DNA of 62,616 nt, filler included, from Basidiobolus ranarum (taxonomy: Eukaryota): assembly GCA_040143965.1 (NCBI GenBank). It is 15 parts of 15 records of this genome, joined end to end, with 100 filler letters (N's around TTAATTAATTAA, not from the genome) between each part and the next. Parts side by side here need not be neighbours in the genome. Positions count along the whole stretch, not along the records: positions 20,950 to 25,032 come from JASJQH010002124.1; positions 25,133 to 29,214 come from JASJQH010002125.1; positions 29,315 to 33,396 come from JASJQH010002126.1; positions 33,497 to 37,576 come from JASJQH010002127.1; 11 more parts are not named here. One strand, given 5' to 3'. This document shows, piece after piece, positions 21,341-35,605 of the stretch (the first letter of the stretch is position 1; every line of letters begins with the position of its first letter). The notes below the pieces were generated by a model that made no database searches, had not been told where the DNA came from, and saw nothing but the letters and a program-made list of their open reading frames with translations. The translations under genes were made by a program, and so were the position numbers.

Positions 21341-22789
21341 TAGACCTATTTTCATTAGGTGCTAATTTTTAAAAATGGATGATTTAAGACATGCAAAGTA
21401 TGTAGTGCAGGAAAAGCTCACCCAGACATTAGAGTTAATATGGAGAGTTACTCAAGCTAACAATTGAAGTGCAGAAGTCAAATGTTTCTTTAAAAAATAT
21501 GGCCTGGGAATGCACCCAATACACAAGGATACTATTTGCTGATTATAGAATACCTTTGCTGATTTATGTAATATTACCAACTCACAAGCATATGAAAGGA
21601 TGGGGCCCAGGCCACATTCCTGTTGATACAAATAATAGATACATACAACCAATATGTTTATTCAGTAGCTGTATATTATTACACTATTAGGATACATTGA
21701 AATGTATGGACTACACTTGTACTTATAAAATTGACACCTTATGGTCTAAACTGAATGAGCTAATGTGTTTAATGTACATTGCTTGCTGAATTCCATGTAG
21801 ATATGAATGCTGACAAGCATCTCATCAAAAGACATTTGTACTTGTTCAAACTGGTGCTTCCTTGATACCATACAAGTTGCATCTAGGCTTACCGCAAGAA
21901 GGAGCTCACACACGCCCAATGCCCGATACATCAATGGCTCAATCAGTTTCAGATTTGGAAATATCGAACTAACAATATATTATTTAAAGGGACAAGTTCC
22001 ACTGGTGCGATACATAGTTATTTCTTAGATTATAACAAGTGCAGTGTCTCAAATATCGCTGTCGACTGATACTCAAAACCATTCATTCAACTCAAGTGAT
22101 TGGTTTGAAAGCATGCATTAGTGTCAAAATAAGTAACAGTTGAGTTATTATACATATTAACCTATGCGTTAACATGTCTTGGCCAAATTCTCGTCCATCA
22201 TATATAAATATACTAATAATATTGTTTGGTTTGAATCATCTGTCACTCCTTATGTGCAATACAAATGATACGAATAATACCAGGTAAGGGTAAGGAACTT
22301 CATTCTGACCAAATCAAATCTTCATCGAATCCTGTTATAGCACAATCTGGTTAGCCATATCCACAAGCATACTATTAGCACTATTGATCCCAGCATTCTA
22401 AATTCAAATCAGGTTCAAAAACCTTGTCTCGGATTCATGCATCTGAATATTACATTTGTACTAATTTGGCATGAAAAGATGGTATGTATGCTCTACAATG
22501 CTATCGATACATTAATATATTAGCGTTTGTTAGCACTCATGTTAAGTCTTGATTTGCCGCAAGAATGAGCATGTACACGTAATATTCCATTATTTTCCCT
22601 CATACACTCAGTCATTCTACTATATGAAGAAAGTGCCTCTCTTCTACTGCTTTTGGTATACATGTGCTCTTTCAACTCACTTTATTGACGTGGCCAAATA
22701 TCTAGCACAAATAATGCCCACATGCATCTCTAAAAGGATGCATGAGACCTATATATATAGAGGATCTCAGAATTACCGAGAATAATTTG

Positions 22790-24260
22790 TAGGCACAATT
22801 TGATTACTTCTTCGGTTTAATATACACTATACAATGGCTCCGATCATATCAAAAATAGTGACTACAGGAATGACTGCAATATCAGCAATGGCTATAATCG
22901 AGACCGCGATAAGCATATTCATATCTAGGCTTCCCAAGAGAAAGGCAAAATCCGACTGCTTTCACGCTATCGCATCCGAATAACTTGGTTCCGAAAGTAT
23001 TCTAGAAGTTGAAGTATGTTAGCGAAAGACACTTCATTATAAATGAGTGATTGAAAAGATAACTCAGAAACAAAGAGAGTGAGATAGGAAAAGAATAGAG
23101 CTTTATTTGTGTAGATTTAGCACAAATGGAGCTGCGCGATACTAAGCTTATCCTCTAACATTGTTACTGAGTGTGCATGCTAAACATTCACCAGTTCTTA
23201 TATAGATTGAATATAAGTTCAATTGAGTGTAATGTACAAATGATAAAATGAAACCTCACTCAGTTGCAGTTCTAAGCCCATTCCTCAAAATGCGCATCAT
23301 CTAGTAAGGTTTAATACCGACTATATCTGCCATGCGTTTTTATAAGGTTTAATTTGTATGAGAACAAATCTCAGTTGCTCGTCATCGAAAATAGTGGTAC
23401 CATCTCATCGTTCAAAGCTATCACTGATTCACGTGGAACACAGGATTAAATTTTGACTTGAAATATTATGTTCTGCTTGGTTCATAACTGAAAGGAAACA
23501 AATATTAGCTACTTGATACATTGATGCATCCAAGCTCAGCAGTTTTTATTATCCTCATTGCTGTTGAGTACGTGTCTATATCAATACTTCACATCCATCC
23601 TATATTTTGTACATATGGCGCTTAGGCATTAGAGAGAAAAAGTTATAGACCTTCGAAGAATATATAGATGGGAGTGGAGCAACAAATTTCAATTACGCTA
23701 CTATACAGCAAAGAGCCAGTTTCAATACTGCAGGTGTTGCAGTAAATACAATAATCGTCTGTCACTACTATGCCATAAGAGTAGCAGCCGAATGTAAAAT
23801 ATATAAAACATCAATCATTACAACTAGTGTATTTCCACCTTTGGAGTAAATACCCTGAAAGTCTACAGAATAATTGCAACCTGTGATTTACCATTCTCAG
23901 TGCAAATCTGTGCTGCCATAGAATATGGTTTGAGGCCAACTATCAATGACGATTAAATACTCAATATCTTATGCTCATCTGAAATTACTCAACAGCATCT
24001 AAAAGCAAGAAAAAGATACATTTCAACAATACATATAGTTTGCTTCGTACCAAATTTTGTAAATAGAGTCTGATGATAGAATTTGTTGATTCACCCGGAA
24101 TGTAAGGGAATAAGCACATATTTTCCGAGTAGCATTTTCTTTCAACAAACGGTGGAAAATGCCCAGCAGTTGAGATTTCATAGAGCCTTTTCATTGCCTG
24201 GATATCCGAGAAATATGTATAAATAATCAGTGATACTAGTTGAAAAAGTAGAAGTTTCAT
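22790..24260 (-). pseudogene. Possible multi-exon gene or pseudogene for a secreted or membrane protein, function unknown
   Basis: Signal-peptide-like start MKLLLFQLVSLIIYTYFS at 24260, a Cys-rich segment near 23650-23840 containing a stop, and a hydrophobic segment (MLIAVSIIAIADIAVIPVVTIF) near 22830-22930. Exon structure unresolved. Confidence 0.3.
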
Positions 24261-25469
24261 ATATATGTAGACTGCTGATATTGCAATATATTATGGAGAT
24301 AAATCCAAAAGAGACGATTAGTGCTATAAAAAATCACTGAGTTCAATATATGATAAAAACATTAGTCTCACATCAGCTTTTATGTGCTAATTACACATGA
24401 TTTATGACATATTACTAATGAGTAGTAATTTGAATGATCGGATACTAATAGTCCATTAACATAAATCCAAAATATTCAATCTGGCTAGCATGCTCTATTC
24501 AATGTGTAATCTAGGCTGTATTCCTTTATATCCGAGACACCACGATCTTCTATACTCTGTAAAGATACCGGGCATGCCTATGCTTGGTTAAATACTATTT
24601 GTTAATGGAAGCCCTAGCACGGGCCTGAATCATGGAAAACGATCTTGGCTTTGGGTAATTCTGTCACCATACAATAAAGACTGATGAATGAATATACTAT
24701 TGTACACTTATATGGGTAATTTTGAATGGAAGATTGAGACTATGCGATTATTGTACTCTGTCTAATGAACTGACATGTCCGCTATACACAACACACACTC
24801 CAATGTAATGGCAAAAATTGAGCATTTGTTTGGTTATTGGTGTACTTATTCATCGAAGATTCGACATACAACGCGTAGTTCATAAACACAAAGACTGTTG
24901 CTAACACAACAAGAATATTATTAAACTAACCGGTTCAACATACTGGATTTTACTCGATTTAGTCTTTCATTTATTTGAGATTATAAAACTAGTAATAGGT
25001 AGAATCACAGGCATCGCAGATACAGTCGTAGTNNNNNNNNNNNNNNNNNNNNNNNNNNNNNNNNNNNNNNNNNNNNTTAATTAATTAANNNNNNNNNNNN
25101 NNNNNNNNNNNNNNNNNNNNNNNNNNNNNNNNGCTTTCTAGCCTCTTGTCTCTGCTTCCAGTCCTTGTCCTATTCCTTATTGTAACAGTTTGATCAGACT
25201 ACCCACACTTGCCTGTAGGACTCTGTTCATACCTGTTCTCCAACCTTGAAACCCCGCATGGTTGACTTCCCTCTAATTACCCATCTTTCCCAAGCTTCTC
25301 TGCAAAGGCAAAGGTACCTTCCACCTTTGGATAATTGGTCTAAGTGCATACTTGCCAAGGCACCACTAGTTAAGTTTATATTAGTTTTTGATCAAAGAAG
25401 TTTTAGCACTTGATTCATATCCAAGGATGTTAACATGTGCATATTCTTTTGTTAAGGCACCAATCATTT

Positions 25470-28400
25470 TTTCAACAGAAAGTTGGACATTACATTGTGA
25501 TGCCCAACAACAAGAATTTGAGAATTGTAATTGTAAGAGAACCATCACAATTTTAATACATTTAGGATTGACCATTTACTTACCATCATAAAATCATCAA
25601 GGTAGATCTGATTAAATCATTTTTTTCAGTTTCAGGAGGGAAATTGAAAGTTCATGCAACATAGTTGCACATGATTGGCTATACTCTTAGAAAGCTATGG
25701 ATCAATATATGTGTGAAAAACATCACTCAAAGATCACACATTTATCACTTGAAGACTCATATTTAACCTTCAAAATCCTAATTCCTTTTCTATATTCTGC
25801 CCAATATTCTTATAGAATTCTTGATACCAAAGGTTTAGCTTATATCCAACACAAGTTTGTATTATTATCTCCATCAAACACAACCATCATATTAATGTTG
25901 CTGAATCACCATTCTGCCTGCTATCTGGCAGATACCCTGCAATATTGTTCCACTCTGTATTACGTTCTTCCAGATAGCTGCACAGTCAACACCAGACTGA
26001 ATCTCTAGTTGAATGTTCTTCTTCTTAAGCTACTTTCTGCATACTTGCACTGCATTTTTCCCTTCATACTTTTGAAAATACTCCCGAAGTACTTTGATTA
26101 TATTTATACATCCTTGCGCTGTGACACTACCAAGAGTGCCTCTTGGCGTTTGTGAGCTTTTTGCTTGCCTCTAAGTTTGGGGCTAACTTCAACACTTTGA
26201 AAAGTACCAGTTGATGTTGGAGAGGCATGAGTTTTATTTGCTAGTGTTTTGGCTTTTTAAGAAGTGGCAGGTGTTGAATAAATGTCTATATTCAGCACAC
26301 TTCCAACTGGTGTACTTTGCTACATGGTCAAATTAAGCCTGCTTGCCAGTTTATCTGCTGGTGTATCTGACTCTGGAAATACAGGTCATGGTAATAGTGT
26401 GAAGAACTTGGTAAGTGGGACAATAGAGCCTAAACTCATTGCTTCCTTTACTTTTCACTTGGGCTTACTAACTTCATGCCCCTTAGGATAAAGTAAGTAT
26501 TAACAGGAGTGCACTGCAGTTGCCCAGGTTAGAAGCAGTACATGCTGATTTGCTTCTGTTATTTATGTTGTCTCCTTGATAATTCTATAGAAGGAACTTT
26601 GCTTCAACCTCTGCACTGGGTGGGTTAGTTGGATCCTGTGGAAGTTCCTCTACCTTGGACCAAGTTTAATAGTTGGCAAAGTAGCCATTTTGGTAGTTGA
26701 TGTTCTGGATGGTGTTTCTGTTGAACTTTGCTCAACTATTGAATTACTATGTAATTGGGGGATTACAATCTCTTCACTTATATTATTGCTAGAAATCCAC
26801 ACATCTGTCAAACTGTTCAATGCTTCATCATTACTTGGGTCAGTTTCCAGCATGTTAATGCCTTCCAAAGTGGATGGTGGATTACTAGACTGCTCATTAA
26901 TTAAGTCTTCTGTTTTGACTGCTTTTTTTTTCATTCATGCCAGCAGGCTTTTGCTTGGAAGCCAATTTTGATTTTGAATTCTTTTTGAATGGCATTGAAA
27001 TTTTCAGATGGTAAAATTTGTGTGGTGAAATTGATAAAAAAATACTAATATTAAACCAAAATTGCCATCCATTACCATAAATATCTTATAAATCCCTGAT
27101 GACTCATCTGTGACACTGTCTCAGAATCAGCTGATGATATTGATGGGCTACACCTAGAGTACCATCCTTATGTAGGAGGTGTTCTGATTTCTACAATATC
27201 CTTCTCATGATGCAACACAAACATTTTAAGAGATCCTACTATTATTGTCACAAATTCTTATGACATGAAAGCTGGAGGCTTCATAAAAAATATAATCACA
27301 AGAACCTTCACCATACAAAGTAACCAGCAGCATCAAACCAGGTGAATATCAACAGTAAAAAGTGCACAAAATCAACTTTAGTTTTGCCCACTGAGCCCAT
27401 TGGCTTTGTTTTGCCTCAAAGTTTTGGAAGCACTGCCAAGAGTCAAGATACCATGGAGTTACCACACTCATATGAACAGAATGCTACAGGTAGATATGCT
27501 ATTTTGGTCAAACCAGTAAGACCAGACAACTTTGAGGACATGCTGCTAAATGTTGACCTTTGTTATTTCAGTACCAATGGTAGTATATCAGAGGTTGAAA
27601 ACCAGACAATGGTTTTGCTACAAACTCTTTGTTATTGGCCTGCATTAGTCATTTCATAGCACTTTCAGTACAGGAAGCAGCTTTGATTATTGAGGAGTGG
27701 AGAGTTCAATCAAATTTTAGCAACCATGTATTTTTTGGTTTTCTTACACTTTTTCACAGTTGATTGGCAAATATTGCATGCCACAGACCTGGTACAAGTG
27801 GAGAACACTTGTCAAGCATATGACATCTAATCTTTCAGTAATTGAACTAGCATCATGTCCAAATGGATGTTTGGCTTTCACTGGTGGTCTGAGCAACCTG
27901 AAATCATGTACTGTGTGCACACAATTCAAAATCACCAAATCAGGTAAATGTTGTTTATATTTGGCTTACATACCTTTGATTCCCTGTGTTAAAGTTTGAT
28001 GAAATCACCCAAATATAAATCATTGATCCAATACCAAAGTACTCACTCTAAAGCTGATGGTTTTACCATGATACTTGATGGATATCACTTCCCAAATCTG
28101 AAAAGCCAAGTTTTCTTTAAGAACATATATGATCATGCCTTTGCATTGGCTCTGGATGGTTTCTCACTAAGCAAATATACTCTTGGAAAGCCTTGCCAGC
28201 TAATAAATTTAATTACCCTTAATATTCCTCTTGTGAATGGTGTAAGAGTCATAATATTTGATACTATTCATCATATCTTGACCTAACTCACCAGTGCTGT
28301 TAGATAGCTTCTTGAAGCCTTTGATTGGGGAGTCTACATGGTAATCTAATGGGGTTTGAATGAGTGAACATTTTATTAGAGCTAATATCATTGTATACAT

Positions 28401-29214
28401 TGGTGACACTCCAGTCATCAGTAAACTTGGAGGTTTTTGTAGGCACAATGCATCATCTTGCTGTAGATTTTGTCAAATCAACGGATTTTACTCTAACAGG
28501 CATCTGCAATACTACTAACAAAATACAAAACAAACTCCACAAGTTTACTGTCAAGAGCCCAGTCAGATGTCAACATGCTCACTGATATCAATTCACCCAA
28601 ATGTCAGTCTAATGTCAAACCTGGTATTGGCCTTTAATCTAAGACTATATTCCTCAAGTGGATTGGCTGGATCCAGAGCTTCCCATCAGGCACTATGCAC
28701 TTACCATTTGACAACATTCTGATAGTACTTACTTGGCTAAATAGCACAAAATTTGATATGAATGAGCCATTAGACATGGTTCAAAGCTTGAATTGATTGG
28801 GAAAATGCTTGAAAATGTTATAATACCATCATTCTTTACCAGGATTACTGTTAATATCCCTTCACCTAGGTGTTTATTCAAATGCAAGACTGAAAGTATT
28901 GGATTTTTATATAATCAAGTAGAATCTTGAAAATATTCCTGCCTGATAAGTATTAGCAAAATTGGGAGTTGTTTGTGGATATTGTTTATATATTCTTATG
29001 CATCAACTCACATTGGCAGAGCATATGCAGATACAGCATCTGTTCAAAGATTTTCTAATTGGATATGATAAACTTTGTTACAGGTTTAAAGAAGACACAC
29101 TCAATCTATGCTGGTGTTCAATACATTCACTGCTGCATTTTTCACAATGCTTAGAGATTATAGGCTCTTGCTATACTTTCTGCAAGCTCCTAATTAAGTG
29201 CGCCTGTGCTGATA
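25470..29214. mobile_element. Degenerate CACTA/EnSpm-like transposon, third copy: second ORF on - (~25470-27000), tnp2 on + (~27660-29214)
   Basis: SCPNGCLAFTG..NLKSCTVC, YLAYIPLIPC, ALALDGFS, SIHSLLHFSQCLEIIGSCYTF. Colinear with 12577-16150 in reverse orientation. Confidence 0.8.
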
Positions 29215-30098
29215 NNNNNNNNNNNNNNNNNNNNNNNNNNNNNNNNNNNNNNNNNNNNTTAATTAATTAANNNNNNNNNNNNNNNNNNNNNNNNNNNNNN
29301 NNNNNNNNNNNNNNTCTAGTTACGTAGCTCACAACATAATATTGCTGGTTCAACATATTTCGAGATTTCTTAGAAATGTGTGCTAATTATTGAAAAGTAT
29401 ATACAGTGATGCTATGGCCCTAGAAATATCATGATGGTGTATGGTCCACACCAAAATAGATTGTGTGTTAGTGATGGAGGACATCAGTGATCTATGAAAT
29501 CCACTTCAACCGCTAACAAGGTTCCTTTACCATCAAATAATTCAAAGTGAGAATCCACTCATGCACTTCTGGTAGGAGATTCGGATTATGGCAGGTAGTA
29601 TTCATAAACACTATGTATCTGTACATGTATCCATTGTATGTCGAATCAAGAGTTGTCAAGTATTTTGATGTAATGAACGCTGGTTTTCAGCCGGATTCTT
29701 CACCTCTCTCCCCATATAACTGTATAACTAATAGAAGTAGCTATTTACAATTTGAGGTTATTACAGCTGAATCGTGGATTATTTCTTCATTTATATTAGC
29801 TCAAAGCTTGTTTGATAAACTACCCTGATTATAGCTGATTTAGACTAGTAACCTGTTGACACATGTATTAATATTTAGTCAGGCTATACTCCTATGTCTC
29901 GGAAGGAAAATTAACGACTATACTGATTCCAATCTATGTGGTTGAAACAATCATGGTAAAGCTGCTACATCAGGCTTCAAAGTTGTGACTTGGTTGGATA
30001 TAGCTCGAGGATATAAGTTAGATTTGATGTCCGAATTTCTCACTCTTTCTTTCATACCATATTAGGCAAAGTATTGGTTTACAAAGTCAATTAGAGTT

Positions 30099-31182
30099 AT
30101 GCTTGCAATCAAAGTACTGTTATGTATGATGACTTTCATCTTCCTACCTATCATCAGCATGGCCAAAAGGCTTCCAAACCGTTCAAGACGAAATAACGCA
30201 TACCAACAGCCTGTGGGTAAGTGGTTTAGTAGGATAATGATCATTATGCTTGAGAATACGGACTACGATGTTGCTTTGGAGGATCCTTACTTCACTCAAC
30301 TGGCTCAGGATGGGATGTTACTCGATAATTACTTCGGTGTAACCCATCCATCAAAGGGTAATTATATTGCTCAAATTTACGGCTCTTATGGGGATTTGAG
30401 AGATGATGGGCCAACAACGTAAGTAGCCCTTTTTGGAATTTTTACAAGAACCAATGATACTCACCACTATCAATATTTCCCGAACTGTTCTTACACTTTC
30501 TGCACATAGATTTCAGGGAGAGAGTCTAGTAGATTTGTTGGAAAATAGCCATCTTACCTGGAAGGCTTATCAGGAGGATTATCCCGGGGACTGTTTCCTT
30601 GGAAATACTGATATGTATTTTGAAAAGCATAATCCATTTATTAGCATGAGAAATATCAGGTGAGTTCAAGACAATCCTTTGTTGTTCATATTGTAAATTA
30701 GCCCATACCAATGAATCCCCTTGAAAAATAGAACCAACTTGGAGCGATGCGACCAAATTGTGAATGGAGAAGAACTGGAGACTGACATATTACTCAATAC
30801 ACTTCCTAATGTAATCTACTACACACCTAATACTTTAAATGATGGTCATGATACGGGAATCCAATACGCATCAAAGTGGTTACATGATTTTCTGGAGGAA
30901 AAGCTTGACGATTCAAATTTTATGGAGGATATGCTAGTAGTTGTCACCTTCGACGAAAGAGGTAGTTTTGAGACTCTCGACGATCCGGATAACAGAGTGT
31001 TAACCATATTGTTGGGTCCGCCCGTTGAGGAGGAGGATTTGATGCAAGTTACTGACAGTACGGAGTACGATCATTATAGCTTGTTACGAACAATAGAAGA
31101 GAACTGGTCATTAGGGACACTTGGTAGAAACGATTCCACGGCTATTCCATTTCAGAATTTAATCCCACTTATTTCAGGATAG
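30099..31182 (+). CDS. Secreted phosphoesterase-family acid phosphatase (PF04185-type), 3 exons
   Basis: Signal peptide; GKWFSRIMIIMLENTDY, GVTHPSKGNYIA, LTWKAYQEDYP, EKHNPF, NDGHDT, VTFDE, YDHYSLLRTIEENWSLGTLGRND. Introns 30419-30509 and 30660-30731. Confidence 0.92.
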
Positions 31183-31991
31183 TATAGAAGGCAATTTAAC
31201 TGTATGTAATCATTACAAATCACCATGCACATTTAGGAAACTAAAATTCCCTGTTGGATATTTTTCCATTTCATTCAGGTTTTTCTCAACTATTCATATA
31301 TGTAGATTGCGAAGCTCTCCATGTGTAATTGTTGAAGTATCATACTTCGTTTAAGACATATCACATTTGATATATTAGATGTTCAGCTTGAAGTTATTTA
31401 TCATGCTGAGTTATATATGCTTTGCAAACCAAAAAATTAGCCAAGAACAGAGTCAACATGATTTTGGTAAAGAGGAGGTGGCTTTGATATTGGAAATAGC
31501 AGGAATTTGCTATGTTACAGCTAAGAAATGGGCAAGTCTTGAATTGTAATAAATATGATTCACTAAAGCATTCTGAATACTTGGATTAATAAATATATTA
31601 TAACAGACTTTGCATATTCTTGCCAAATGACTAGTGTATAATGCTTATTGGGCTGACACAGTTTGATAGTTAATTAGTAGAAGTGATAATTGCTAATTAA
31701 GCACCATGTTAACACTAACATTTAGCAAGATAGTTAGCTACAGGGAAAATATCAGATACTATGAGAATTTGGTTAAGGGAAATATGGTTGTTGATGTCCT
31801 GATTCTGATCCATCATATCTGTAACCTTTTGTTATTAGATTATGACAACATATCTACTGCTCCTCCCTTTCTTAGCAATCATGTGCTGAATCATTATAGT
31901 TACCACATATTTAAGTCATGTTCTTTAGAACATTTCATGAAACTCAGTCACTCATTTTATCCTGATAATTGTATATTATATACCCAATTAC

Positions 31992-33210
31992 TGCTGAAAT
32001 TAGCATTGCCTAAACACCTATATAGTCATATATAGTTTAGTACTTAGTTATATTATATTTCACCAAGATATTATCCATTATTCCCAATCAGAATTTACTC
32101 AGTATATTTTTACCAACTTAGAAGTTCTCAAAGGTATAGATTTTTCAAGCTTGGGCTTGAGGCCCCAAACTTTGCACACATGTCTCTGGGATCTTTCTTA
32201 GCACATTCTACACATTACTTTGCTTACATCTTGACAAGACTATACATGTCAACATTCTACTCAATAAATTAAAAAGTGAAAACCACCAATTCCTCTAATT
32301 CTCCAAACCACTTCCAACAGGCTCCCAAATACTTTAGCAGGTTATGAGCCCCAAGCTTGCACTATCTGTAATGTCTACTTCTTGAATTTGTGGAACTTTT
32401 CCCTCTTCTGAAAAATTGGATGGAACCAATTATCAAATTTGGAAAATTAAAATGAAAATGCTGCTGCAAGAAAAAGGTCTTTGGGACACTGTTGTAGGAG
32501 ATGAAAACAATGCAAAACTATCTGAAACCAAAGTTTTAATCCAGGTTATAAAAGAACAAAGTGCCTTTAACACAATTTGCCTTAATGTTAAAGACAAATT
32601 GCTAATTCAATGTTCAAGAGCTAAAACTGCCAAGAAGGTATGGAAAGCCTTGGAAGACACCTACCAAACAAGTTCTGCTGCCAACAAGATGTTTCTAAGA
32701 AGACAATTCTTTAACTTAAAGATGAAGCCAGGAGAAGACATTAAATTACTAATTAATAGAGTCACTATTATGGGAGGATCTTGACATAATGGGGGTGGAC
32801 TTTGTGTATTAGAAGCAATTTATGATAGTGTGCTTTAGTTACTTTATTCTTAACAGTACATGGTGACTTCTATAGTAGAAAAGTAAATCAATTGTTTGAG
32901 ATATTTAGGAGTTTGTGTAATAAGATATAATAGATAAGTGGGGGTAATAAGACATACTTGTTATATAGATATAGAGACATTGCTATTTAGAATATAGGGG
33001 ATATAGATATGTTGCTTTCTATTTCTGATATATGTATCATACTAAAGCCAACTAAGATGTGGAATAAAGATTAATAATCCAACAACTATTATAGTGGATG
33101 AAATGGAATGCATTGGAGTAACTACTACCGATCAAGATATCATAGTTACAGTCCTGAGTAGCCTCCCACACAGGTTTCAGAGCCTGGTAATGGCTCTAGG
33201 ATCAAGAACT
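31992..33210 (+). mobile_element. Copia 5' LTR (family 2, 31992-32339) + PBS (32340-32351) + interrupted gag
   Basis: 348-bp LTR matching 48181-48528; PBS GGTTATGAGCCC; gag EKLDGTNYQIWKIKMKMLLQEKGLW...LRRQFFNLKMKPGE. Gag resumes after an insertion as IVDEMECIGV...VLSSLP. Confidence 0.88.
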
Positions 33211-33396
33211 GTTGGATAATTATTCTTTATTCAACATCATAGTTAACTTTAGTTATGATACAAATATCAGAAACAGAAAGCAACATATCTATAGCCCCTA
33301 TATTCTAAATAGGAATATCTCTATATCTATATAACAAGTATGTCTTATTACCCTCACTTATCTATTATATCTTATTACACAAACTCCTGAATATCT
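32806..33396. repeat. Two oppositely oriented copies of another LTR-like repeat (~32806-33084 and 33210-33396) inserted in Copia gag
   Basis: ...gacatacttgttatatagatatagaga...aatccaaca is the reverse complement of tgttggataatt...tctctatatctatataacaagtatgtc. Confidence 0.65.
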
Positions 33397-33496
33397 NNNN
33401 NNNNNNNNNNNNNNNNNNNNNNNNNNNNNNNNNNNNNNNNTTAATTAATTAANNNNNNNNNNNNNNNNNNNNNNNNNNNNNNNNNNNNNNNNNNNN

Positions 33497-33872
33497 TTAA
33501 CAGCTAGCTCAGGGCTCCTAACCCAATAAAAATGTTTGGGGATTTTAACGTGTTTTGGACTAGATTTGAATTTGTGAATTAGACACTTAGGTTTCATTGA
33601 ACTGAGTATGTCCTGTTTATAGCTTACTATGAAATAAGACTATTGAATGTGCCTAAATCAAAACAAATACGCCTGTAAATCATGGGTGAAAATTTGAGAT
33701 GATTGAGAAGATTGGAGAAGATGGTGAAAATTGGCAAAAGTGATGTAATTGATATTTCTATTAATTAGGGCAATAAATGCACCTGTTTGAGCAGCAGAAT
33801 TGTATCCTTAATGATCAAAATATGAATAAAGTAACTACCAAATGATGAGTTGCTATTTACCTAATTTCAACA
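33497..33872 (-). mobile_element. LTR-like sequence beginning TGTTGAAATTAGGTAAATAG (same start as the truncated LTR at 8899-8880)
   Basis: Shares a 20-nt terminus with 8899-8880. A purine-rich tract precedes it on the - strand. Confidence 0.55.
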
Positions 33873-33889
33873 CAGCTCACTTCAAACTT

Positions 33890-34750
33890 GCTTGATTGGA
33901 TTCAGCTCTGTGCTAGGAGTAGACCAGTTCTGAAAAATGTCCAAGGGGTTACTGCTCTTTCACCACTTTTTATAACCACCTTTCTGACAAGTTACTTTGT
34001 CTTCCTGGAAGGCTTACCTCCTTCCTTTGGAACAAGATAGCTCCTTATACCATGGAAAGAATTTTTGTAGCAAACCATCAATACCAAATCTTGGTTCATG
34101 ATACCATCAGCTAAAGCTAATGGGTAATAGCTGCCAGCCCACAACCAAGACCAAATCTTTGCAATGCCTCCACCAAGCTTAACAGTTCTTAGCAGGTGAT
34201 ATCTCTTGTAATGTGTACCTTCCTTTCTCAAAAGTTTAGCTTGCCATTGTTGCTCAACATACAAAATCTTGATTCATCTGACAAGATTATGACACTCTGT
34301 TGTTTGTTGGCCCAGTTGAAAAGTTTTTTGGACCAATCATATCTTTTTTTCTGGGTATCAGAGAGCTTAGGTTTGCTTTCAAGAGAGAAGTAGTGAAATC
34401 CCAACTGCTAGATCTATTCTTTTATGGTTGAGTGCCAAACAGTTTACACATCAAGCAGAGTTTGTCTTCAGTACTCTCAATTTTCAAAAAGAATCCTATT
34501 TGATAATGCTCTCCAAGTATCTCTTACACATGCTCATTTCTGCCAAGGTGGTACCAAAATAGTTTCAGCTATTATACAATTGCATCTTGCAGAGCTATGT
34601 GCTTCATTTAAATTATGGTCAAAATGTCATGCTGACTTATTCCATGCTGCTGCAAGTAGAAAATTTTAGTCAACTACATTTCTTTTACTTCTTGTTCTGA
34701 TCTTTTTAGATCTTGCAATCTTGTGTTGAGAATTCCAAGAGTGTTGCTTA
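33890..34750 (-). mobile_element. Tc1/mariner transposase remnant
   Basis: The reverse strand gives WANKQQSVIILSDESRF and TVKLGGGIAKIWSWLWA, degenerate versions of the Tc1 FSDESKF and TVKHGGGSVMVWG motifs. Confidence 0.72.
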
Positions 34751-35605
34751 TATTGTGACCTAAAGAAGCAGCTTGAAGTAGCAGTGAAGAGGTGAGAGAT
34801 ATGCTTAAATTTTGGAGTTTACAAAACATTATTAACCCCTACTGTATAATCCATACATTCCTAAATATAGCTCTGATAAAGATCCCAATCTAAATGATAC
34901 AAATTATTAAAATATCTTGATGATAGGCTGATCATATAGATAAGCTATGACCAGCAATAATACCAACTGAAATATGTAACTAAGTAACTAAATACACTCT
35001 CATAGTTGGGAATTTTTTATCTCAATGCATGGCATCACTGCCTGTTCACCAGTTTTGGTTAGCATCATTTACCTGGTATGTTTTCTGCTACCTTCAAGCT
35101 TATTGAGTTATTGAGCTTTCATTGCAATAACTTTGCAGTGTAGTTCTGATTTGAGATGGTGTTTCCATCCTTTCTGAGCATTTATGTCCTTCAGCTTCTA
35201 ACTGTTTCATTAATGGTAGGCTTGTCCAATATTTGTCCTATAGAGCATGTAATCATCTGTTATTCTTGAAGGTGCAGCTCAATGTGATGCAACATTTGCT
35301 TACATATGCCCTTGCAACTGCCTGTATTACATAATCATCCACTAAGCACACTTTCCTTACTTGAATTTGTTTTCATCTGGATAATCATATTTTCTACATT
35401 GCCATATGCTAGGGAGAAATAAACTTTGTTATATATTATCTTGATGCTTAGTAGTTGCTTTATTCATTTTCTCACTGGTTTGTACTCATCTTGACATTCT
35501 GAAGCTAGTCTTCATTGCTTCAATCAAAAGGCAATCAATTAGATCACTGATTGCCAATTCCACTAATGTCAAAATTAGATCAATAGCACCTCTTTACTTG
35601 ATCTG

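Noticed and set aside
30340-30365. HPSKGNY instead of the usual HPS(E/Q)PNY in the phosphoesterase
   Set aside because: The nucleophile Ser and the other metal-binding motifs (ENTD, KHNPF, DGHD, FDE) are intact; likely ordinary family variation.
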